Assembly (NCBI GenBank): GCA_050331595.1
Contig: JBHJGQ010000006.1
Coordinates: forward strand, 1,049-65,048
Reading direction: 5' to 3'
Source: Opitutales bacterium
Lineage (GTDB): Bacteria > Verrucomicrobiota > Verrucomicrobiia > Opitutales > JBHJGM01
Length of the DNA: 64,000 bases
The first letter of the stretch is position 1. Each line of letters starts with the position of its first letter. The notes below the pieces were generated by a model that did no database searches, was not told the DNA's origin, and saw only the letters and a list, made by a program, of their open reading frames with translations. Shown here piece after piece: positions 9,981-18,315 of this stretch. The position numbers and the translations under genes were made by a program.

Positions 9981-11372
9981 TTACGCCGAGGGCTTGGTCA
10001 TCGCCATGGGCTCGAGCGCTTCGTCCAGGGTTTTTGCGTCGAGCAGACCCTCCTCCAGCACGACTTCGCGCAAGGTCTTGTTTTCGGCGAAGGCCTTCTT
10101 GGCCACTTTGGCGGCGTTGTCGTAACCGATGTGCGGGTTCAGCGCGGTGACGAGCATCAGGCTGCGTTCGACCAGTTCCTGGCAGCGCTCGCGGTTGGGC
10201 TCGATGCCGGCTACGCAGGCGTCGGCAAACTGGCGCGCACCATTGGCCAGGCAGGTAATCGAGTCGTGCAGGGCCATCGCGATCAGCGGGATGGTCACGT
10301 TGAGTTCAAAGTGCCCGTCGCGTCCGCACATCGCCACCACCATGCTCAGACCCTGCGCGTAGATGCACACCTGCACGAGCATTTCGCTCATCACCGGGTT
10401 GACCTTGCCCGGCATGATCGAGGAACCCGGCTGCGTGGCCGGCAGGTTGAGTTCACCCAGGCCGCTGCGTGGACCCGAGCCCAGCAAACGGATGTCGTTG
10501 GCCACCTTCGTCAGGCTGGCGGCAATGGTGGAGAGCTGCCCGGCCACCTCGACCGAGTCGTCGCGTCCGCCCTGTGCCTCAAAGTGGTTGTCGGCTTCGC
10601 GAAAGGCGATGCCGGTCTTCTGCGTCAGGTCGGCGCAGACCAACCCGGGAAACTCCGGATGGCAATTGATGCCCGTGCCCACGGCGGTGCCCCCGATGGG
10701 CAACTCGCTCAGGACGCCGATGCATTTCTCGGCGCGCTCGACGGATTTTTTGAGCTGCGCGGCGTAGCCAGAAAACTCCTGGCCCAGTGTCAGCGGCGTG
10801 GCGTCCATCAGGTGCGTGCGGCCAATCTTGACGATGTCGGCCCATTCCCGAGCTTTCGCGTCGAGGGCTGCGTACAAATGCTTGAGCGCAGGCACCAGCG
10901 TTTCCTTCAGTGCCACGGCCACGGACACGTGCAAGGTCGTCGGCACGATGTCGTTGGAGGACTGACCCAGGTTCACGTCATCGTTGGGGTGAATCGGGTC
11001 CTTGCTGGCGATGGGCTTGCCGGCCAGCACGCTGGCGCGGTTGGAGACCACTTCGTTGATATTCATGTTCGAGGAGGTCCCCGAGCCGGTTTGAAAAACG
11101 TCCACCGGAAAATGTTCGCTGAGCTTACCCTCGGCAACCTCGGCGCAGGCCTGGCGAATCAGATCGGCCTTCTCCTTGGGCAGGCGCCCGAGCGTTTCGT
11201 TGGCGCTGGCACAAGCCGCTTTAAGCACGCCGAGCCCGCGGATGAACCCCTCGGGCATGGGCCGGCCACTGATCGGAAAGTTCAGCACGGCCCGCTGCGT
11301 GGAGGCACCGTAGAGGGCATTCTCCGGCACCTGCATTTCACCCATGGAGTCTTTTTCGCTTCTGGTGGACAT
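9981..11372 (-). CDS. fumC: Class II fumarate hydratase
   Basis: FQTGSGTSSNMN, HPNDDVN, KIGRTHLMDA, GSSIMPGKVNP. Confidence 0.97.
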   Translation of the reverse strand: MSTRSEKDSMGEMQVPENALYGASTQRAVLNFPISGRPMPEGFIRGLGVLKAACASANETLGRLPKEKADLIRQACAEVAEGKLSEHFPVDVFQTGSGTSSNMNINEVVSNRASVLAGKPIASKDPIHPNDDVNLGQSSNDIVPTTLHVSVAVALKETLVPALKHLYAALDAKAREWADIVKIGRTHLMDATPLTLGQEFSGYAAQLKKSVERAEKCIGVLSELPIGGTAVGTGINCHPEFPGLVCADLTQKTGIAFREADNHFEAQGGRDDSVEVAGQLSTIAASLTKVANDIRLLGSGPRSGLGELNLPATQPGSSIMPGKVNPVMSEMLVQVCIYAQGLSMVVAMCGRDGHFELNVTIPLIAMALHDSITCLANGARQFADACVAGIEPNRERCQELVERSLMLVTALNPHIGYDNAAKVAKKAFAENKTLREVVLEEGLLDAKTLDEALEPMAMTKPSA

Positions 11373-11518
11373 CGCGCGAGACGTTAGGAAGCCTTATTCG
11401 CGCAAAGCAAACCAAATACGCGCGCTAATGCCGGATTTGCTGTCGACGTCGGACGGACTCCTGTGCGCGCATCGTGTACGTAGGGCTTATTTGAAAAGCC
11501 GTACCATCGTAAAAAGTC

Positions 11519-11886
11519 CCGCTGATCCTATCCGACGATGGGGTGCAGCAAGCAATTGCAGCCGCGGCGCTACAGGGTCAGACGGTCCGTCGCTGCGTGC
11601 AGGAAAGTGTGGACGGCGCTCTGCGTTCCGCAGAAAACACGCAGGCCAGTCCGGGCGTCTGGATGATGGGTTCGAGCATTTGTTGGCTGCGGCTACGTTG
11701 CTCCGGCCAGACCTGGAAACGGCGCGGCACGGCGCCACCCTCTGCCACGAATTGAAGCAGGCTGGAACGCCCATCTCGATAAACGACTGTTGGATGGCGG
11801 CACAGGCGCGGTAAATGAAACTGCACGAGCTCACGCCGGATGTGCACTTCGAGCACGTGCCAGACTGCCGGTTGGTGCGTTGGTAG
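11519..11886 (+). pseudogene. Decayed VapBC-type toxin-antitoxin remnant
   Basis: Antitoxin-like LSDDGVQQAIAAAALQGQTVRRCVQESV...WMMG in one frame. PIN C-terminal half LLRPDLETARH...ELKQAGTPISINDCWMAAQAR*MKLHELTPDVHFEHVPDCRLVRW* in another, with an in-frame TAA at 11812-11814. Confidence 0.7.
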
Positions 11887-11901
11887 TCTGGCCCGGGACG
11901 T

Positions 11902-13251
11902 TCAAGGCTTTTGCGTTTGTTCCCGGAGGAAGGTGCGGCGGGAGAAATAAAGGCGGCGCGAAGCGGGGCCGATGGTCGTCTTGAGGTAGTGGGCGATGCG
12001 CGGATTGGCCGAGGCGGCGTCGTAGAGTTCGATCATCTGCGAGGTGTTGGCCTCATCTTGAACCACGTCGCGGATGTACTCGTGGGGCGTCGTTCCGGGG
12101 ATGCTCACCCATTGCTCGGATTGCAGGTCGGGCTCGGCCATCAGGCAGAGGTTGGGATAAAAAGCAAAGAACGCGTTGAGTGGGGATGGTTCGGCCTGGT
12201 AGCGCGCGAGCAGAATCGGCGCGATCGCCTCGTGATGTTTGGAGACCAGCCAGGAGCGGTAGGGCCAACCGCCATGACGCTCATTGTAGACGATGGCCCA
12301 CTTGACCTGGGACAGATACATACGGGCGCGGGCCCAGGCAAGTTCCTCCGCGTCGTGCGATTCTCGGAGGACGCGTCGCCACTCCTGATACTCGGTGTTT
12401 TGCTGCTGAATCGCGCCGACCACGATCCGCAGGTCGAGTGTTTCGCCGGCCAGTTCGTACTCGAGCACCTCGTCGAGGGTGTACTGCGTGTAAAGCTCCG
12501 CTTCCTCGGCTTCGGTCAGGCGCAGTTCGGCGGCAATGGAGCGCACGCGTCTATCGATGGCTTCGGACTGTCCGAGCAGGGCGGATTCCAGGCGAGCCGC
12601 CAGTGCGAGTTTCTGCTGCAGGGCGAGGGCTTCGCGCAAACGAAAGAGCGTTTGGTCGAGGGCCTTGAGGAGGCGCAGGCGGTTGGCTTCGTCTGAAAAT
12701 TCTTCAGAGAGCGCGTCGTCGACCCCGCGCTCAATCGCGTCGGCCAACTCGGTGTACAGTTGGCCGGACTCAATGCCGGAAATGGAGGTGAAGCGCTCCT
12801 GACTGTCCTTGACGTCATGGTTGCGAAAGGCCCGCCAGACCTGCTCGGCCACATAAATCTCGAAGGCCGCAAAGAGGGCGGCCTCGTCGGTGAAGGCCGG
12901 GTCTTGCAGTGCCGCGGTCTCGTACCGCGTGCGAATTTCAGCCACCTCCGCGCGCAGTTGAACAATGCCGCTCACTTGCTGGTTGTAGTCGCGCTCATCG
13001 TTGCGAAAGAGGTAGAGCGCCGGCACGTGGGTCAGGGTTTCCAGCACGCGTCGGCCAACGGCATCTTCAAAGGTGGGCAAGGGGACGGTGCCGTCGCGCA
13101 CCAGGCGGAAGGCCCGCTCGTAGGCGTCGAAAGTGTTGAGCCGTGGCGAGGCTGGGATACCGGCGCGCACGTAGCTGTCTTCATCCAGGGCGGCGATCGA
13201 CGTGGCGAGTAAGACCGCCGCCAGACTGCCGATGCAAACTGACTTTCGCAT
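11902..13251 (-). CDS. Hypothetical exported protein
   Basis: About 450-aa ORF with a signal-peptide-like N-terminus (MRKSVCIGSLAAVLLATSIAA). No family recognised. Confidence 0.75.
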   Translation of the reverse strand: MRKSVCIGSLAAVLLATSIAALDEDSYVRAGIPASPRLNTFDAYERAFRLVRDGTVPLPTFEDAVGRRVLETLTHVPALYLFRNDERDYNQQVSGIVQLRAEVAEIRTRYETAALQDPAFTDEAALFAAFEIYVAEQVWRAFRNHDVKDSQERFTSISGIESGQLYTELADAIERGVDDALSEEFSDEANRLRLLKALDQTLFRLREALALQQKLALAARLESALLGQSEAIDRRVRSIAAELRLTEAEEAELYTQYTLDEVLEYELAGETLDLRIVVGAIQQQNTEYQEWRRVLRESHDAEELAWARARMYLSQVKWAIVYNERHGGWPYRSWLVSKHHEAIAPILLARYQAEPSPLNAFFAFYPNLCLMAEPDLQSEQWVSIPGTTPHEYIRDVVQDEANTSQMIELYDAASANPRIAHYLKTTIGPASRRLYFSRRTFLREQTQKP

Positions 13252-13328
13252 TCGCCGGGACACGCACATACCAACACCTTCTAGGGCAGTTGCCGGGGCT
13301 GTGTCCAGCGGAGCCGTTGCGACGGGGG

Positions 13329-14501
13329 TTAGCCCGCACCTTCGGCCGAAGCGGGTTCCTCCGCCGGGGAGGGCCGATCTTCGGGTGAGGCCACACCCGC
13401 ATCGGGCGCGGTGAGGATGCCGCCTTCGCGCTCGATGTTGGCCCAGTTGACTTCGCGCCGCCCGAGTTTCAGAGGCAGTTCAAAGGCCTCGCCTTCGCGC
13501 ACGACGCCCACGGCAACGAGCTTGTCGGGGCGCAGGTAAAAACTTGCCTGGCGCAGGTCGGCGTCGCGGCGGATGGCGTACTCGGCCACGCGTTCGATCA
13601 CGTCGCCTTCACGCAACCCGGCGGCTTCGGCCGGGCTGCCGTTGGCGACCTCTTCGATCACGACCTGCACCCGGCCGTCGAGTTGGGAGAATTGCCGCAC
13701 GCGAAAACCGAAGGAGGCGTAGCTGACCTCGCCTTCGAGCAGGATGTCGTCCTTCACGCGGTTGACTGCGCGGGCGGGCAGCACGTAGGACGAGCGCAGC
13801 TCAGGCAGGGAGGCGGTGATCATGCCGATCAGGTCACCGTTGAGATCGAAGACAGGTGAGCCGCCTTCGCCGCCTTCAGCCGGAATACTGGTGCGCAGGT
13901 GCAACGTGGGCAGGCGAACGGGCCCGTAGTTGGCGTCGATGCCCTTGACCTGGCCAAACGAGGGGGCCGGGCCGAACCACAATTCGCAGGTGATGGCTTG
14001 CACGAGGGTGCCCGCTCCGGGCGGAGCTCCGGCGTCGCTGAAGCGCAGAAAATGTTGACCCTCAGGCACTTCCATCACACGCAGGATGGAGATGTTGGTC
14101 ACTGGGTCCTGGCCGATGAGTTCGGCGAAAATCTTGAGGCCGTCGGTCAGTTCGATCCAGATGCGTTCGGCCCCCAGCGTGATGTTCGCGTTGGTCAGCA
14201 CGTGACCTTCGCGGCTGATGAAGAAGCCTGTGCCGACAAACTGAACCGGTCGCGGGGCTTCTTCGCTGGAATCAGCCCGCCGCTCGGAGGCGGCGAAAAC
14301 CTTCACCACCGCGCGCTTGTTTTGCTCGAAAACCTCGACCAAGCGGCGTTGCAGGGTGAGGTACGAGTCTGTCGGGAGGGCCGGAGAGGTTGTCACCGCG
14401 CCGGGGGATGTACCGGCATTTGTAGCGGTTCCGAGCGCCTGCGCCGAGGCCGCGGTCGAAGCCGCGAGCGCGCAGAGGCAGGTGAGGAACCATCGAATCA
14501 T
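13329..14501 (-). CDS. HtrA/DegQ-like trypsin-fold + PDZ protein with degenerate catalytic triad
   Basis: Signal peptide, GTGFFIS.EGHVLTNAN, GQDPVTNISIL, GGEGGSPVFDLNGDLIG, PDZ GSPAEAAGLREGDVI. Confidence 0.9.
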   Translation of the reverse strand: MIRWFLTCLCALAASTAASAQALGTATNAGTSPGAVTTSPALPTDSYLTLQRRLVEVFEQNKRAVVKVFAASERRADSSEEAPRPVQFVGTGFFISREGHVLTNANITLGAERIWIELTDGLKIFAELIGQDPVTNISILRVMEVPEGQHFLRFSDAGAPPGAGTLVQAITCELWFGPAPSFGQVKGIDANYGPVRLPTLHLRTSIPAEGGEGGSPVFDLNGDLIGMITASLPELRSSYVLPARAVNRVKDDILLEGEVSYASFGFRVRQFSQLDGRVQVVIEEVANGSPAEAAGLREGDVIERVAEYAIRRDADLRQASFYLRPDKLVAVGVVREGEAFELPLKLGRREVNWANIEREGGILTAPDAGVASPEDRPSPAEEPASAEGAG

Positions 14502-14549
14502 TGGAGGCAAGCAGCCCTTCGGGGAGGCTGCCGACAGAGGCAAGGCAGC

Positions 14550-15146
14550 TTAGTAGAAGGCCGTTCGAGCGCGGTGTGCGCTGGTTTCGGAAAGTGGTTT
14601 GGTGGCGGCGATGCGCCCGGTGACAAACTGAGTGTCGGGCGCGGAGGCAACACGCAGGACGGTGCGCGCCGCGACGAGATCGAAACCCCTATCCTCCACG
14701 GGAGCGGGTGCGGAGACCGCCAGCACGGGAAATTCAGCTTGAGCCGGGTCGATCTCAGCCACCGCGAGGATTTGCGCAATGGGCGCTTCCAGTGGGATTG
14801 CCGGGGCGGATCCTTCCGCCGGAGCCGGACGAGGATCTTCGCTGGCGATGTTGGTTGAGCCGGCGTCGGTGCTGGAAAAGGAGCCCAGCTGCCCCAGGAA
14901 AGCGAGTGCGATGGAGGCCGCTGCCGCCGTGGCTGCAATCCCCAGTCGCCAGTGCGCGTTGACGAAAGTCCAGAGGCGGTCGCGGCGTGAACCGCGGCCC
15001 ATCGCATGGCGCAGGGAGCGCTCGGCGAGTTCACGCTCGAAGCGGTCCCAAAACGCGGGGTCGGGACGTTCCTGGCGCTTGAGCCGAAGGAGGTCGCCCA
15101 CTTCGACGTGGCCTTTCTTGTTCTTGAGCAGATCTTTAAGGCTCAT
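14550..15146 (-). CDS. Putative anti-sigma factor, single transmembrane helix
   Basis: Directly downstream of an ECF sigma. LLRLKRQERPDPAFW cytoplasmic part followed by a hydrophobic helix. Confidence 0.65.
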   Translation of the reverse strand: MSLKDLLKNKKGHVEVGDLLRLKRQERPDPAFWDRFERELAERSLRHAMGRGSRRDRLWTFVNAHWRLGIAATAAAASIALAFLGQLGSFSSTDAGSTNIASEDPRPAPAEGSAPAIPLEAPIAQILAVAEIDPAQAEFPVLAVSAPAPVEDRGFDLVAARTVLRVASAPDTQFVTGRIAATKPLSETSAHRARTAFY

Positions 15147-15278
15147 GGATGGTCTTTGGGGACCGGCGGGGCATCCGGAGCGTGGCGAGGCTGTCTTCGC
15201 GATGGTGGCGTTAACGTGCTGGGTGTGCGGGGAAGTTTGATGGATGGTGCAGCAACTTGAGACGGAAAAAACTGTGGG

Positions 15279-15995
15279 TCAGCCGAGGTAGCCTTCCAGC
15301 TCGGCCTGAAGACGGTTTTTGGCGTAGTGCAACCGGGAGCGGACCGTGCCTTCGGAGCAGCCCAGAACGGTGGCGATCTGGTGGTGACTCAAACCCTCAA
15401 TTTCGTACAGAACAACCACGGTCCTATGCTTCATAGACAGGCTCTGGAGCGCTTCGTTCAGTTTTTCCTGAAGCTCACGCAGGAGGGTGCCGCGTTCGGC
15501 CCCGGTGCGCGCCACGAGGGTTTCGAGCATTTCCTCGGGCACGCCCTCTTCATCGAGTTGGTCGAAGCTGAAAAAGCGCCGGTAGCGGTTCTTTTTGAGG
15601 AAGCTGAGGGTGTTGTTGACGCCGATGCGGTACAGCCAGGTGAAGAAGGCGCTCTTGCCCTTGAAGCGACCGATCGAGCGGAAGGCTTTAATGAAAGCTT
15701 CTTGGGTCAGGTCGGACGCATCTTCGTGGTTGGCCGTGAGGTTGTAGATGACCGAGTATAGGCGTTCACGGTACTTGCGCACCAACGTGTCGAAGGCCGA
15801 GGTGTCCCCTTGCTGCACGCGCTCGACCAAGGCGAAATCGACCTCGGACGGGCTGGCCGTCGCCTGGGCCCGCGCGCTGACAACGTCGGTCAGCGTCTCG
15901 GTGGAAGCTTTGTCGGGTAGTGCGGCCACGGTGAGTTCGACTCTGCCACGTAGATGACGGCTTTCGGTCGTTGAATCAATCGCGAATGCCCGCAA
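15279..15995 (-). CDS. ECF RNA polymerase sigma factor (RpoE/SigW-like); start uncertain
   Basis: GDTSAFDTLV, DLTQEAFIKA, FKGKSAFFTWLYRI, GTVRSRLHYA. Confidence 0.95.
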   Translation of the reverse strand: MRAFAIDSTTESRHLRGRVELTVAALPDKASTETLTDVVSARAQATASPSEVDFALVERVQQGDTSAFDTLVRKYRERLYSVIYNLTANHEDASDLTQEAFIKAFRSIGRFKGKSAFFTWLYRIGVNNTLSFLKKNRYRRFFSFDQLDEEGVPEEMLETLVARTGAERGTLLRELQEKLNEALQSLSMKHRTVVVLYEIEGLSHHQIATVLGCSEGTVRSRLHYAKNRLQAELEGYLG

Positions 15996-16104
15996 AGGCG
16001 TAAGGGAAAATTGTAAAGAATCTCAGATTTTCGAGCCGGTGGCTTCAGTCATGTTCCCCAGCGACGATAGGGCATGGAGACGTTAACGCCTAAGGATTGC
16101 TCCC

Positions 16105-16464
16105 ATGTCTGACACACCCTCCTCCGATTCCACTCTGGTTCACACCGAAACAAACGCCTCCCGTCTCTTCCGCGAAGTCGTCGTCATCCTGCCCCGCCGA
16201 ACGCCCAAGACCGGCTCGCACTTTTACTGCCTGACCTCCGAGGGGCCCAAGGCGCTCTACGACGAAAACGTCTTCGAATACCTGGTCTCCGACGACGAGA
16301 TCATGGTGGAGTTTTGCCCTGGTGACATCTGGGCGTATCCCTCGGTGACTTCGGGCCCGCTGTCCAGCCGCCTGGACGAGCGCTTGAAGGCGCTGGTGCG
16401 CACGCGCTGCGCCGCCCGCCTGCATCAGACCCGCCAACGTCAGGCCCGCCGCAGCGCGGTCTAG
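16105..16464 (+). CDS. Hypothetical protein
   Basis: 119-aa ORF with coding-like codon usage, divergent from the ECF sigma. Confidence 0.6.
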   Translation: MSDTPSSDSTLVHTETNASRLFREVVVILPRRTPKTGSHFYCLTSEGPKALYDENVFEYLVSDDEIMVEFCPGDIWAYPSVTSGPLSSRLDERLKALVRTRCAARLHQTRQRQARRSAV

Positions 16465-16531
16465 GCTGGGTCTGTAGAAACCAAATGCCTGCGGGATTCA
16501 GCCTGGTGGGCAACTGCGTGGTTCTCGGGCG

Positions 16532-17467
16532 TCAGTGGCCTTGCAGACGCTGCAGGCGCTCCTGGATGAGGGACAGGTAACGTTGCTGCGCGTCCTCGGG
16601 CAGAAAGCTCTGGCCGATGACGGGCCGCCACTTCGGCAGGCTGTCGACCAACCGCGCCAGGGTCTTGTCGACCACTTTGTCCGGAAGCCCGCAGCGTTCT
16701 TTGCCCAGGTAATCCACCAGCAGCTGCCGGGTGAAGCGGCTATTCTTGCCGCTCAGAGGCAGGGCGCTTTCGATGGCGTTGTCCAGGACCAGCGCCGTGC
16801 AGAGAAAGTCGTAACAAGGACTCAGGCGGTAGGTGCCGCGCTCCGCCCAGACGGAATAATTTTTGAGGTGCATGTCGTCGTTGCCGACCACCCAATTGAA
16901 GAGAAAGCGCTCATAAAAACGCGCCTTTTCAACTACCGGGAAGGTGCAATAGCGCTCGATCAGCTGGATCACGCGTTCGACGGAGGCATCGTACTTGGTC
17001 TCGCGCGATTCTCCGGCCAATTGTGCGAAATCCTCCACGTGCCGCCGGTTTTTCTGGCCGTGGCGGTCGAAACGGCGGATCCAGAAAACCAGCGACGAAC
17101 CATTGGCCCACAGCAAGCCGTGGTCGGGCACCTCCAGACCCAGCAGCGCTGCCAGTTTCAGCGTCAGGTCTTCGTTTTCGGGCAGGTCGGGGTAGGCCGG
17201 ATTGGGCGGCTTGAGAATGAAACGCCCGCCCGTATCCACCACCTGCATCCGTTGCCGGGCAACCTCCAGCACCGCGCTGAGCTTGGGTTGGACGCCCTGA
17301 ATGGACATGCGCGTGGCGCGCCGGGCGGCCTCCTGCAGGAGCGTTTCCGGGCTGAAGGGCAGAACGTCCAGGCGTTCCAGGCGCGGGTGCAGCCGCCGCA
17401 GCCCGGCCTGCGAGTAGCGGGTTTCACCTTTTTGCAAGGGCGCGTAGGTGATGGGACAACGCTGCAT
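16532..17467 (-). CDS. hipA: HipA-family Ser/Thr kinase toxin (HipT-like, lacks N-subdomain 1)
   Basis: MSIQGVQPKLS Gly-rich loop, FILKP, ENEDLT, RRFDR, EDFAQL, GNDDMHLKNYS, LSPCYD. Confidence 0.93.
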   Translation of the reverse strand: MQRCPITYAPLQKGETRYSQAGLRRLHPRLERLDVLPFSPETLLQEAARRATRMSIQGVQPKLSAVLEVARQRMQVVDTGGRFILKPPNPAYPDLPENEDLTLKLAALLGLEVPDHGLLWANGSSLVFWIRRFDRHGQKNRRHVEDFAQLAGESRETKYDASVERVIQLIERYCTFPVVEKARFYERFLFNWVVGNDDMHLKNYSVWAERGTYRLSPCYDFLCTALVLDNAIESALPLSGKNSRFTRQLLVDYLGKERCGLPDKVVDKTLARLVDSLPKWRPVIGQSFLPEDAQQRYLSLIQERLQRLQGH

Positions 17468-17793
17468 CAGGATGCCGCCTCCACGCGGACGTCGCCCACC
17501 AGATCCGTGCCGACCGCCACCAACTGGTCGAAGTAGTCGTAGCGGTCGAGCTTGAGGGTGCGCAGGAGCGCGTCGAGCTGAGCGCCTTCAGGAAGCAGGC
17601 CATCGAAAAAAGGCGGGAAGTGCGTCCAGGCGTAGGGGTCCGCGCGCACGGGCAGGCTCAGGGAAACGGGTGGGCCAGCGTAGGCCTCGGCGTAGGCAAA
17701 GCAGTAGCTGCCGTCCTCGAGCCGTTCCAGGTGACCGGCGAGGACATCGCTCTTGAGTACACGGGCCGAACGATGGCATGGCGGCGCGCTCAC
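17467..17793 (-). CDS. HipA N-terminal domain protein (HipS-like)
   Basis: AGHLERL..GSYCFAY...PVSLSLP...FPPFFDGLLPEG...DLVGDV. GTG start overlaps the HTH stop (GTGA); its TGA overlaps the kinase ATG. Confidence 0.88.
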   Translation of the reverse strand: MSAPPCHRSARVLKSDVLAGHLERLEDGSYCFAYAEAYAGPPVSLSLPVRADPYAWTHFPPFFDGLLPEGAQLDALLRTLKLDRYDYFDQLVAVGTDLVGDVRVEAAS

Positions 17794-18008
17794 GTCAGAT
17801 CGATGGAGGCGTCGCGGTGCGGCAGGTGCGCCTGAAGACGGATGTTGAGCACGCGGCAAACGGCCTGAATCGTCGCAAAGCGCGCCGTCACCCGATTGTT
17901 CTCCAATTGCCAAATCGCGGTCGTGCCCACGCCCGAGAGTTCGGCGAGTTGCCGCTGCGTCAGCCCGGCCGTCTTGCGGGCCTCTGCGATGATGCGCCCA
18001 ATGGTCAT
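17790..18008 (-). CDS. XRE/Cro-CI HTH regulator (HipB-like)
   Basis: IAEARKTAGLTQRQLAELSGVGTTAIWQLE. Confidence 0.9.
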   Translation of the reverse strand: MTIGRIIAEARKTAGLTQRQLAELSGVGTTAIWQLENNRVTARFATIQAVCRVLNIRLQAHLPHRDASIDLT

Positions 18009-18242
18009 TGTCGCTAAAACGATAAAATGGTCAATTTACTGGATTTGTCGAGTTTGAATGCAGGCAGTCTGGCTAAAAATATCGTTAAAGCAGAAAATTC
18101 GGCTATTTTGCTCGATGCGCAGCGCCTTCAGGGTTCAGTGTAGCCAAAAACATCGCTTTTACGATAAAAATTGAGGAACTGGTGCGTTCCTCGTGTCTAA
18201 GGCTTCTAGAACCAGATAAAATATCGTTTAAGCGATGTTTTC
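18005..18242. repeat. Array of four palindromic repeats (AAAWATCG-N6-CGATAAAA) with exact 71-bp period
   Basis: TCG cores at 18011, 18082, 18153 and 18224. Intervening segments of about 45 bp are dissimilar. Confidence 0.8.
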
Positions 18243-18263
18243 GTGTCGCTTCCATCGAACACT

Positions 18264-18306
18264 CCCGCTACACGTCGTCGTGATTGCCTCGACGACGTGT
18301 AGCGGG
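18264..18306. terminator. Perfect 17-bp hairpin downstream of phoU (terminator or REP-like)
   Basis: CCCGCTACACGTCGTCG, 9-nt loop, CGACGACGTGTAGCGGG. No clear U-tract. Confidence 0.55.
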
Positions 18307-18315
18307 TCACCAAAC

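Noticed and set aside
16020-16058. Autoregulatory ECF promoter (GGAACAT...TCTGA, minus strand)
   Set aside because: The spacer is about 23 nt, too long for an ECF promoter.
18005-18242. Calling the 71-bp array a CRISPR
   Set aside because: The repeats are too degenerate and short, there are only four, and no cas genes or leader are present. Reported as a repeat array instead.
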